Shown piece after piece: positions 52,662 through 64,000 of a stretch of 64,000 nt of DNA; within the stretch, counting starts at the first letter, position 1; every line of letters starts with the position of its first letter. Below the pieces are notes generated by a model. It searched no databases. It had not been told where the DNA came from and saw only the letters and a program-made list of their open reading frames with translations. A program made the translations under genes and the position numbers. Location: contig NW_024704743.1 in the NCBI RefSeq assembly GCF_018977255.1, positions 40,054,001-40,118,000 on the forward strand. Reading direction: 5' to 3'. This DNA comes from Callorhinchus milii. Lineage: Eukaryota.

Positions 52662-54002
52662 ATTTATACCATTCTCAAGCAGATCAGATGTGAAGTAATT
52701 GATTGACAGCATGGACTACATTTCTCTCTCACTAAACAAGGTATATGGGAGTCCGTTCCTCATATATTCAGTGAGAGAGAAGAAAATGTTTTTCATCATT
52801 GCAGTAGCTTGAGGCTGGTTCATTGTGAACTCATGCCCTCCAGTTCTTTTCTCACAGTAAGTCAAATAAGCATTCTCATACCTCCAACACCTTACAACAA
52901 TTCACACAGTAGATTGGAGATGCACCAACTCGCTCGCCCTTGCCCTCCAATTTTGAAAGGCCTTGAAGGAATTGCAGTAAAACCCTGCACCACTTTATAC
53001 ACATGTCAGAAGGAATGTTGCAAACACAATTGTCCTTGATGGATTATTCACTAGGTTGATGGGGTAAGCTCTCAACTCGAAGCCTTGGTGGAATACCTGA
53101 TACAGTGAGTCTGACAATTCATGATTTTTGCAATTTTCCCAGACTTGGCTCACCAACAACCTCACCCCACCCCTTCCCAACCCACCTTGCAACTGCAGCA
53201 GAGAGTGGAAGAGTTATAAAGGCCACCTCCTACACATTTTGAACATTAACATAAGGTTTGCATTATTTAATTCCCTAGATATGTGACTTTCACTGTAAAT
53301 GAGATTGTGCACTATCCTCCTCCTCTTCAACTGCACATTTGCCTACCTTCCTATTCCTACCCTCCAAGCCTTCTACCTCCACCTCCCCGCCCCCGCACCG
53401 ATCCAAACCCCCGGTTGGTCCAAATCCCTGACTGTCCAGCATCCCAAGACTGCCCTTGGGATGTCCTCCTGACACGAAAGCCGTTTTACACATGTAATTG
53501 TTGTTGTTGCATTTGCGACTATCTGAGGCTGAAATATAGAATTGCATTGCATGTGCAAGGCAGGAATTTCTGAGAGGTTTGGGGAGGATAAATAACTGGA
53601 AGAGTCAATCTGGTTTGGACTGAGAAGCTCATTTCTGCCTTACATTGATAAAGATGGAAACGCAAGTGAAAAGATGCTGCAACCATCCTGCAACAATTAT
53701 AGTAAACAACTTGTGCAACCTTGCTCTGAGCTACTGTTATGTGATGGGATTTTGCCTGTTTGTGACTCTCCAAACAGGAGACTGGAGGAAGCTTTTATAA
53801 ATACTGCCACGGATGTAATATATATAGCTATAGATATGCATGTACTGCTGTTAATATTGCTATCAATAGAAAGGGCATCATGGTATGCCTCAAGCTGACC
53901 AACCTTGTCTCAGTCAGACAGCAATGAAAATAACAGCTGGATTGCAAATGTTTGCAGAAACAATGGAGTAAGAAGAGTTAAAAGCATTACTACCTTTATT
54001 AG

Positions 54003-54115
54003 GTGTCAGCATGGCTCAGTCAGTACCACTCTTGCCTCTGAGTCAGAAGGATAATAATAACAATAATCATCCTTGCATATGATATAGCGCTTTTTACGTC
54101 TTCTGGACATCTCAA
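54003..54115. mobile_element. Family B SINE head (+) abutting a family A SINE tail (-)
   Basis: GTGTCAGCATGGCTCAGTCAGTACCACTCTTGCCTCTGAGTCAGAAGG followed directly by (AAT)n CCTTGCATATGATATAGCGC. Confidence 0.75.
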
Positions 54116-54499
54116 AGGATGTAGTTCAGGCTGGCATTCCAACTAGCTCACTCGCATTAGCAGCAGATGCATCAAATAAAGGCAATATAAATTTAATCCT
54201 CTGCTTTAATAAACACAAGGGAACGTGTATGTCTACCATAGATTTCTTTGAAGATGCAGGTCAGAGGAAATCGGAAACAACTTGAGAGGTTGTCTCCAAG
54301 TAGCAGTCTGATGGATCATTGTTACATATGGCTCAGACAATACATCTGTCAAAATGGAAAATACAAGTCTGTTTACATGCAACGAGTCTTCGCATTTACA
54401 AGTCTGTTTATAACGCAAGTTGTTGTTGTGCCAAGACATATCAAAGCTCACATAGTACACAATAGAGTGAAATATGGTTTGAAGATACTCTAAAACAAT

Positions 54500-54972
54500 G
54501 TACAACAACAAATTACATTTGTATAGTGCCATTCACATCAGGAGGATGTACCAAGGTGCTGGATGGTTAGGTATCCACACCTGAGCTGGTGGTTAGGATC
54601 AGGAAGAGTGAAGTGCGACAAGGGTAGGGGTAGGAGGATGATCAAAGGCACGGTCGAAGAGGAGGGTCTTCAAACGGGTATTGATGGTGGCAAGGGAGGC
54701 GGCGAGGCGGAGGGACTGTTGAATGGACTTCCAGAAAGTGGGGATAGAGAGGTTGAATGCCCACCTGCCAATGGTGGGGCAGGCAAGGCGAGGGACGTGA
54801 AGCAGGATGGAGCCAGCTGAGCTGAGGGAGCGGACAGGTCGGTAGGGGATAAGGAGGTCACAGAGGTAAGGAGGAAAAAGGCCATGCAGGGCTTTGAAGG
54901 TGAGGACCAGGATCTTGAACTGTATCCTCTGAGTGATCAGAAGCCAGTGTAATCGGGTGAGGATGGGGTGAT
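54500..54972 (-). mobile_element. L2 LINE (second family) 3' fragment
   Basis: PILTRLHWLLITQRIQFKILVLTFKALHGLFPPYL...LKTLLFDRAF, plus stem-loop and (GTT)n tail. Confidence 0.92.
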
Positions 54973-55006
54973 AGAATACCTGCACTGAACACCTGCTCAT
55001 AATGGG

Positions 55007-55752
55007 TGATTACAATCTCCATTTTTTCACATCACATTTTTTCTCACATTGGCGTCACAACCCCATGCACCAGGGTCCCAACCAGTGAGAGGGAGACATC
55101 AGGGCGTGCTCACCGGGTAACTCAGGAGCGCATCCAAAACTGTAAAATTAACATTTGTGTAACCATGAAAATGTACAGGACACTCGAGATGTAAACAACG
55201 AACGTACCGAAAACTTATGTATGTCTACCTGCCTCCCATTATAAAGGGTGGGGTGGCAGGGAGTGAGGTAAAGGTTCACCGTCCTGTAAAAGAATGGCAG
55301 AGCTGGGACTAACCCTCCCGTGTAACTGCTCCCTGTAGAAAGACGGAACAGAATCCCGGCAAGGATGCCGCAGTGACAAGGGTGTGATTGGTTGGGTATA
55401 CAGTGTATGTGTACGGGTGTGTGTTTGGATAAACATGTGCCCATATGGTGCACATCAGGGAGCCATCCGAAAGCGGCAAATGCGCCTTATCAAGGTGTGT
55501 GCGGGCACGCACATGGATGTAGTGCGGACAGGGTTGAGTCCTGACTATCTTAAAGGGAACGTCCAAAGAAATGTGTGCACATCCTGTGTGCTGTGAACCT
55601 GTCTGGACTCCCCACTAAGAGGAGAGGGATAGGGAGGAGGTACAATACCCCATTTGTCACTGTGCTCTGCAAAAGGCGAAAGGCGGCAGAACCCCGAGGC
55701 AGGAAAGTCTTGGTCCTCCCACTGCAAGAGGCCGGGTCTGCTGTATGCTACA
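55007..55752. other. CpG-rich non-LINE/SINE block, possible LTR/ERV-derived segment
   Basis: More than 20 CpGs against a CpG-depleted background, TG...CA ends with ATGGG/ATGAG flanks, a PBS-like CA|TTGGCGTCAC, TATAAA, ATTGG and a purine run; family not recognised. Confidence 0.35.
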
Positions 55753-56775
55753 ATGAGATAATAACACGTTGCATCTTTTTTTCTGTAATGGGTTTGATAC
55801 TATCAAACCTGCAAGCGTAAATATATATCAACAAATAAATATATCTTTTGTTTAAAAAAAAGCCAGAAGGCACTTCCAAGTAGTGTGAGTCCACAAGAGA
55901 CACACAATGTCAGCGAAACTGCAAAGCTGCCCTGCATTTGCTATGGCCCTGTCTCTGCATTATAATGTTGCCTCTTCACAGTCAGGCTCAAAAATTGTTG
56001 CAGCCATTTCTCCATTGACTTATTCAGCAACAAAACAGAAAATAAATATACATTTTCAAAAGCTCAAGAATACTGGACAAAGGAACAAAACCAAGACAGA
56101 TATTAAACTTGATTATAATTGTTTGTGATAGTTTGGTTGTTAATGATGTTAAGATTCCTCATTTCTTCAAATCTAGGAAACCTAAGGACTGTTGTTTCCT
56201 TATTAAAAAAACAAATCTGTCAGTTTGAGGGAAAGGAAAAAAAAAATCTCCCTTAAAATTTCTGGAATCGCATGTCCTAAAGCAATTGTTCAATAGGAAT
56301 GGATACGGTTTACATGGTTACAAAGAACCGAAATAACTGTCTGATAAATCCCTCCATGTGCCCCAGGTTCCAGGAAAGGGCAGTAAATATGTATCTTGCC
56401 TCAGGCAGAATGACTTTCACATTAACAGCACAGGTTAAGACCCATGACTATCATTCTCAATTGAAATGGTCAAAAATATATTCCTGTTTAAAACCAAGTC
56501 CAATAGTTTTCTCTGCATGAATCAAATTTGGCCTATTCAATATGGGAGGCTAAATTGGGAGACTGGTAAAAGGATTTGTACAGTCAAAAACAAATTCTGG
56601 TGGCCAACACTCAGCAACTCTGAAGCTCATCTCAGCCTTCCGAGAAGTTGGTTTCCAAGCAAATCTGGCAATTTACTGGTTCACAAGAGACTAAATAATT
56701 CCACAACACTATGATTCCCCTAACATCACCACCTTCCCACCCATTACAGCATTCCTACTCAGCTTGTACAGGCAT

Positions 56776-57115
56776 ATAATAATCTTTGTATTTGATACAG
56801 CGCCTTATCACATCTTTGAGAGGTCTCAAAGCATTTCACAGAATATATTGTAAAGTGAATTGACTGTATATGTTGTGGGCGAAACTCAGCAGCCAATTGC
56901 ACACAGCAGAGTCATACAAATAGTCGTGGAGTGAGTGACCAATTTTTTTATTTATTATCATTTTTTCTGAAGGAATTTTTACCCCCGGAAAAGCAATCCA
57001 ACACTCAACTAACAACTGCGTTCCTACTTACTTAATGCTAGGCAAACAGAGGTGTCGAACCCAGGTCTCTCGCTTGCACAGTGAATGTTCTAACCACTGA
57101 ACACAGGACTCCACA
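56776..57115 (-). mobile_element. tRNA-Ala-derived SINE (family A) with a private deletion after the head
   Basis: Head, middle, core and tail match family A. Confidence 0.9.
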
Positions 57116-59574
57116 TTATTCACATATGGGATGGGGTGGGGAGGTAAGAGGCCACATGGTTGACCAATCTGAACTTCTCGTGGAATGGGCATTAGAGAAC
57201 TTAATCAGAGGTGAAAGGTGCCTGTAGCAAATAGTTTTCTGAGGTTTTGGAACAAAATTTCCTTTGGTTGAAAAGGATGTCGTCTTTCAATTTGAACCAT
57301 GTGGTAATAAACAATGAACTAATAGAATAGCGGCACAGGCTTGATGGGCCTTTCGCTTTATGAGGTCTCTATCGCACAGAATTCTATAAAGTTCAACTCA
57401 AGAATTAACAGTCTTATTAAAGCTTCTGAGAAATGCTCTTGCAGAAGAATCATTACATCATTATATGTAAGAGGAATTATTTTACTGTGTTCAACTGAAC
57501 TCCAGATACAAAAGTGAATTATAAACCTGCTGGCATTCTGAGTCAGGTTTTCAAGTAAATATTATTGAGCAACTGAGGAAGATTATTGATGTCAATTCAA
57601 GCACAAACAAGCCACTATGTCTGATGACTCAAAATAATATTTCCTTCAAGGTGTGTAGTACAGAAAGACATTTATCTCACATTGAAAGAAATTGTTTATG
57701 AAGAAATTGGACTTGTTGAGGTTTTCCCTTCTTCTTATATTTTTTCAATAACCTGAACTGACACATCATTGTAAGATAAAAATTAAATGAGAGGATAATA
57801 ATATCACAGCTATAAGCAGAATACAATCCCATTCTATATATAGAGCTCCAGATTCAGAAACCATTGGCCCGAGTCTAAAGAGTAACGCAAAAACGTATTT
57901 GATTTAACAGCTAAAGCTAAAGGCTGTTACCAATCCGATTGCATTGAAGGATCTTAACTAAGCCAAGTGGAGAAAAATACTCTGATTGATTGTCATTGTA
58001 AAATAACAAACTACAGAACAGGGTTAAAAATATAGATCCGGGGGAAATCCTGCAACATTTCATAACTATCACCAGATTTGATGTATTGTGGGAGATGGCT
58101 AAAAAATTGAGTTTCCATTGTTAAACGCTGAACGGCCATCAGTATCATTGAAACAGAAATACCACAAGACAGAAAAAACATTGAGAGGTGCTCAATTCAA
58201 TTTTACTATTTTGTACCAGTTTTCTAATACTTCTATAGAAAGTACAATATTCCATTCCAATACACAGGAATTTCCATGTGTAGGTGGAATGCAAGGAACT
58301 TTCAGTTTGGTTTGGATACTCTTAAATACATTGATAAGTTTCCATGTGTGTCAGACCAGCTGACACCAAAAAATATAGATGTCTGAAATGCTATATTCAT
58401 AACAGGAAATCACAATTATAAAAAATCCATCTCACAATGACCAATGGGAAGTTTGCTCCACTTTCAGACCAGAATTCCTACAAGTCAGTCCCAGGAATCA
58501 TTATTTGAAGCTTCTCATTATAAATAATGTGTTTGTGCCCTCCTAGTATTAGGAACAGCTACTTCTAAATCTGGCATAACATATAACATAACGCAGGTCA
58601 GATGCAGAGTCCAGATTCATTCATTACCTCAACACTGTTATTTTTTTTCCAATTTGATGCAATGCTTCATCCCCCTTGTGGGTGAGACTGACAATTCAAT
58701 GTTGAAATGACGGGAATATTTTATATGTGAGCCTATATTCATAAGGAACTGGCGCCAAGCATATAGCTACTAAAAAGATTAGAGTTTGAATCATCAGTGT
58801 GGGTTGTTTTGTTTTTACCCAGATGTCTGCTCACCTCCAGTACCAAATTTATCTTATAATAATAATAATAATGATTTACTGTCAACTGCAGCAACTCTAT
58901 AATTTTGAAGGCAAAGACAGATTAAAGGGGATTATTTAATCAAATTGACTATTGTAATACAAACTAAATACAGTGCCTATGATCAACTTTTAAAGAAATA
59001 AAAAATCCAGATGGTGGCATTTATATGCAAGGCTCCAACTCTCCACAACTACAATTAGTCTACCATTGTAGTGAAGTGCATTGTACAAGGAGTCAGCTCC
59101 AGGACTCCAGCATAACATCTTGTATAATTGTAAGTGGACGGTCCTTTCACTAAGAAGGGTTAAATAAAGTGTCATTGGTTTTGGAGTACAATGTAAATTG
59201 GGTGTGTTCTTGTAAATTATTATCAAAAGAGAGGTTCAGATGAAGAAAGCTCTTTCATCCATTTGAACTCACTTTTCCAGAAGACTAAGTCTTCCAAATT
59301 TCCATTACAGCATCAAGTCATCTCTTATATGAGAAGAGTGTGCTGGTCTGAACCACACTGGTAAAATACCTTGTTCCAGCTTTTGATTACCCTGAGTAAT
59401 AAAAATGTATCTTTGCCTCCATTCTAACATTGTTCTACATCAACGGGACCTCCACACTCTTGTCCTGCTGCCTTAGATCATTTAAAAGTATTATGCTGGG
59501 TTTATTGTCCCCATCCTAATTAACATGCTACACAAACTCTTATGGAGTTCCAGATTCTAATGTTGATCTGTGAA

Positions 59575-59750
59575 GGACGTGCAAGACGTTTCAAGATAGA
59601 ACTCTGATCGAGCTTTTACCCATTTTGCACCTTCCCATGCTCTTTTGGCCCCCACCCCATGCTCTTTGTCTATCACCCCCAGCTTGGGCGTCCAGTCATT
59701 CAAGTACTTTGAGACATCTTCCACATGTAAAAGGTGCTATATAAATGTAT
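59575..59750 (+). mobile_element. L2 3' end fragment, degraded
   Basis: GAGACATCTTCCACATGTAAAAGGTGCTATATAAATGTA tail. Confidence 0.6.
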
Positions 59751-60984
59751 TATAATGTAAAGGTTTTATTGAAGTTCATATTGGTGACTGTTGTCAGGAT
59801 GCATGATTTGTACAGACAAGGGACCAGCTATTGAATGTGAACCACTCCAACAAATTCAGGAATATGAGCCTTACCTGGCTTTGATCTGCTGTAACCTTAC
59901 TACAACTCAGCACAATCGGGTGAAAGCTCAGTGGTAAATCTCAGTTTTGTTCTGTTGTGAGTTGTGTTGTTCTTAATACTCAATGGAGTCACAGTGCAGC
60001 GGAGCTTTAGTCTATAAATCAAGATCCTAGGGGCATGATCTTTCACACAGCAGTCCTAACCTTATTATTTGAACTGGCAAAGACATTTTTAGCAGTGGGG
60101 ACTCTCATACAGTTGTCAAGACAGTTTAATAAATACAATATGACCAGCAGTGCGGGTAAAATGCAGTCAGGAGAGACAATAATTGAATACTTAAACAAGC
60201 AGGCAGTGGTGATGAGAATACACCAGTGTGGAATATGCTGCATTTTTCTGAATACAGAGACTTAGTTATTGATGTCATTGGGAATGCCTGGAATACAGAG
60301 CAGAAGCATCTCAGTTACAGCAGAACTAAACCACAGGGAGGAGAAAAATACCTGACCAATACAATAATTTTTGCATATAACTCAACACAATCCCACATTA
60401 ACCACTTCTAGAACCAAAATGTAACCATTTTGCAAAGTGTAAATGAGCAAAGAATATATATATATTTTAAAAATCTTTTGTAGACGCATATTCTCTGTTC
60501 CTCAGCAACAATATAAGGTTTGGGGATAAATAAAAAATAATGAGATTAAATGGAGACTTCTCTCAGACAGACAGCAACACATGATGAGCTGAACAGTGTC
60601 CTTTTAAATTTCTATGGTTCTATGATTGTATTAGAAATGAAGGCTTTCTTGCACAAACATTCAATCTCATAATTAAGCAAAGACGTAGTTTTATTCAGAA
60701 TGTCCAAGATCCAGAGTACGTAGATGACTGAAAGTGCAGTCAAATAGATACATTTTGAGACATGTCTTAATTAAAAAGATAAATTAATAGAATGGAAATC
60801 ACATTTTCATATTTTTGAAAAAAATGCTGCAGTTCTCCTCAAAAACTGCTCAACAAATCAGATGCATTTGATTTGGAGAAGACATAGCAGCCAATAGTTA
60901 TTGTAGTTTTAGAAATAGCTTTGTTTTGACGGACACCAACTCTCAACATTTATTTTTCATTTTCTTAACAGATTATAATACCTA

Positions 60985-61340
60985 CAACAACATCAACAAG
61001 AACTTGCATTTATGCAACACCTTTCATGTGGGGTAGCATCTCGGAATGCTCAACACTGGTGGAAAATGATGCCGAGATAGGGAGAGTGGAAGGAGGTGAC
61101 CGTAAGCAGTCAAAGAAGAAGGTCTTCAGGAGTGCTCTGAAGATGGACAAAGAAGGAGCAAGATGGAGGGATTGAGGAAGGGGATGAGGGACATGCAGTA
61201 AACCAGAACTAGCTGAGCGAAGGGGCTGGGTAAAGGAGTGGGGTGTTAGTAGGTCAGAGACGTAGGGAGGTCCCTTGGCATGAATTGATTTTTACGCGAG
61301 TGTGAGGATCTTGAAATTGATCCTTTCTGCAATAGGGACT
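60985..61340 (-). mobile_element. L2 3' fragment, degraded
   Basis: AACAAGAACTTGCATTTATGCAACACC tail; GTGAGGATCTTGAAATTGATCCTT (RINFKILT on the minus strand). Confidence 0.7.
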
Positions 61341-61664
61341 TAATAGAGCCTGTCTGTATTGAAGTTGGAGTGAAAAGAGAGCTCATAGCTTTAGACAAGT
61401 CAATGTGAAATTATAAACAAAAACCTCATTTTTCTAGTACTCCTCACACACAAAAGCAATAGGTGAAAATTGGTTCCAGCTCATGCTAATATAGATTTAA
61501 CAAAATTGCTGTAATATATCCTTTATATCTTTTTGCACCACAGAGACCTGGAATGTTATGCTGCCATTTACAAATCCCAGTTTGCTTGTTCTTGCATAGA
61601 ATTTTGTGTGGTATTTTCACTGGCATTAAATAGGCAGAACATCCCTGTGAATGAAAGGTTAAGC

Positions 61665-62060
61665 AAGCAAGACTCTCGCCTCTAAATTAAAAGGTTGTAG
61701 GGTCAAGCCTCACATCAGAATATTGACAAACAATCCAGGCAAACACTCCAATGCGGTGCTGGTAGTGAGTTGTGTTGTTGGAGGTGCCATCCTGTGGATG
61801 AGGGATTAAACCAATGTCCCGTCTGTACCTGTTCAAGTGTATATTAAGAATCCTAAAGCACAATTTGAAAACAGGGAGTTTCTTCTGTGTCCTCGCCAAC
61901 AATCCCGCAAAACAAAACTGGTCATTCATTTCACGGCTGTGGGACAGGTGCTGCATTCACTTATTCATACATAGTTATTACACTTCAGTGGAAGTCTATG
62001 AACCACATCGAGACATCTTCAAGACATGTTTGTATCAGATCCAAGTATTATTATATTAGT
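61665..62060 (+). mobile_element. DeuSINE-like SINE (family B), degraded
   Basis: ACTCTCGCCTCT..AAGGTTGT head remnant and GGAGGTGCCATCCTGTGGATGAGGGATTAAACC core. Confidence 0.75.
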
Positions 62061-63231
62061 ATTATCATTATAAGAAAAAAAGCTTTGGATTTATGACACA
62101 CAGCTTGATAAAAAGGCAAATTTGGGATCATCTACACTCAACCTGAGACAATTTATTTGTATGGTTGCCTTAATCTAAAATATGTGGTGGGACTTCACAG
62201 GAACAAAGAAAAATAAACATTTTAAACTTATTTTTGAAGAATAAACAGTCTCATTTAGATAGATTTATATAGACTATATCATTGGCAAATTAGGAGAATA
62301 AATTAAAATGAAACTAATGAGAACAGATTAAGAGAAGACATGAGGTTTAGCAAATCGATCAGATCTTTAAAAAATGGGACACCCAGGGAGGTTTCAATTT
62401 TCCCTGTATCTAACACAGACTTAGGGTTAAGCCACCATCAGTTCTGATATGCAATTTGTAGCTGTTTAGTTACACCGTGGTCACTTTTCAGATGGTATTG
62501 ATCAATTGATCAGAATAAATCAGAATCAGTTTACTTATTCAGTTCGCTGATTAATGTTCCCCGCTCATTGCAATAGATCATCCAATGTCATAGAGCAAAT
62601 ATGTTAACATTAGGATTGAAGGTAAGATAGATGGGTCTGTCTTTAATCATTACTACAGTTATGAATGTGGAAATCCAAAGAACTCTCTTTAGAACCATAA
62701 AGAAAGAGGAAAGAGAGACTAGAGATTAAGACCCATGCCCGTTAATCTAGTGCACACTTTACCTATGATTGTTATGGGAATGTGATCTTTTTCTATGCGA
62801 TGAGAGAGTTAGTCAAAATATTGCATTATCAAGGAAAAACAAGTCTTCAGCTACTGCTACAAGCAGAAACATCCCAAGGGCCATTGACTATTCTCATAGC
62901 TAATCAAAAAGACATAAGTTACAATTTCACAGCTGTCTGCATTTCTTTACACTTTTTACTCTTTTGTTCATACAGTCAGCTAACACATCTGCAGTACTCT
63001 GTGCACTTTACATTTCTACTGGAATGTGCTGCCAGCAGTTTCCACTTAGGTTGCGAAATTAAGACAATAACTCTTTCTCTTACCATTTCACTTGACAAGT
63101 CTGTTCTCTTTACCATTAAAAACAGACTAAATTCACTTGCTCCTATATTATCATATAATATTTCTCCAGCTAGCCATCTCGTTTTTCTTGTAAATGGTAC
63201 CGACTGAAGAAGTTATCAAGTTAATAAAGCA

Positions 63232-63295
63232 AAACAACTAAATAACAGTTATTAAGTACATGTAAACAACTAAATAACAGTTATTAAGTACATGT
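63232..63295 (+). repeat. Perfect 32-bp tandem duplication
   Basis: AAACAACTAAATAACAGTTATTAAGTACATGT occurs twice in tandem. Confidence 0.95.
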
Positions 63296-63409
63296 GTGTC
63301 TTTGCCCTGAAACCAGGAAAAAAAAACTTCAGGATTATGCACCTTCATCATAACGAGAGATTTGTTTTTGGTGTTATTTTTCTTCTTGTGGCCCAATACA
63401 AAGATGTAA

Positions 63410-63730
63410 AATTCATAGAAATGACAGCACGTAAGGAGGCCATTTAAACTGCAAAGTTTAAGATGTTGCTGGCTCTTCCATTGGACATACCTACTCTAAT
63501 CCCAATTCTCTGCATGACAGTTTCCCTCCCCCCTTCAAATATTTATCCAATTTCCTTTTAAGTTTTATAGCCTTAAATTTAATTATGGCAAAATGTTCCG
63601 TGTTGTAATAATCTGTGGTGTGAAAGATTTCTTCTAAACTCCTCAATTTAATAGAAATGTAGTGACAATCTTGATTTTATGATTCATTATTTTATGGTTT
63701 CACTTGCCAGAAGGAATTATCATTCATTAT
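63410..63730 (-). mobile_element. Old CR1 3' fragment
   Basis: CATAGAAATGACAGCACGTAAGGAGGCCATTT tail, and AATATTTATCCAATTTCCTTTT resembling the CR1 ORF2 end. Confidence 0.6.
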
Positions 63731-64000
63731 TTACACTTGCAGAACCTTCCATTTTCAGTCCAATTTGCTTAAATTTCAATTTGTGCCACATAAATGTGAT
63801 CTAAATTCATTATAATGCAGTGCCCCATTTTTGTACACTATATGTTCATCCTAAACCAAGGCAAGGCGGTCAGTTTCAGTTAGTCAGATGAGCAAACTAA
63901 GAAGCATCGAGTGGGACTGGAAATATGCTGCGTGCCCAAACATGATTTAAATGCATTTGCTTTTAGATCCATATAAAACTCCAGACAGGCTGCAGGAGAG

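Overview
This is AT-rich, repeat-dense vertebrate non-coding DNA (intergenic or a large intron) with no intact protein-coding gene, RNA gene, CRISPR array or prokaryotic feature that I can support. The repeat content suggests a cartilaginous fish, probably a holocephalan such as the elephant shark; this is an inference from family resemblance. It comprises a tRNA-Ala-headed SINE with an L2-type 3' stem-loop and (ATT)n tail, a DeuSINE/SacSINE1-like SINE, and many L2 and CR1 LINE fragments. The most structured locus is 19.1-23.3 kb, where a CR1 ORF2 is split into three collinear pieces. It hosts a permuted SINE and an intronless, decayed AHCYL1/AHCYL2 retrocopy. The retrocopy is itself split by an L2 insertion, carries a palindromic in-frame insertion and a probable micro-inversion, and appears to end in a 5'-truncated SINE tail instead of poly(A). 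That arrangement suggests L2-mediated retrocopying of a cellular mRNA via a SINE 3' end. Other notable items are a candidate minus-strand promoter and short first coding exon at about 35.8-36.1 kb, a young SINE copy whose 3' loop matches a different L2 family, a CpG-rich ERV-like block at about 55.0-55.75 kb, and a 61-bp palindrome at 3.4 kb. Repeat boundaries were read by eye and are approximate, and no database searches were run.
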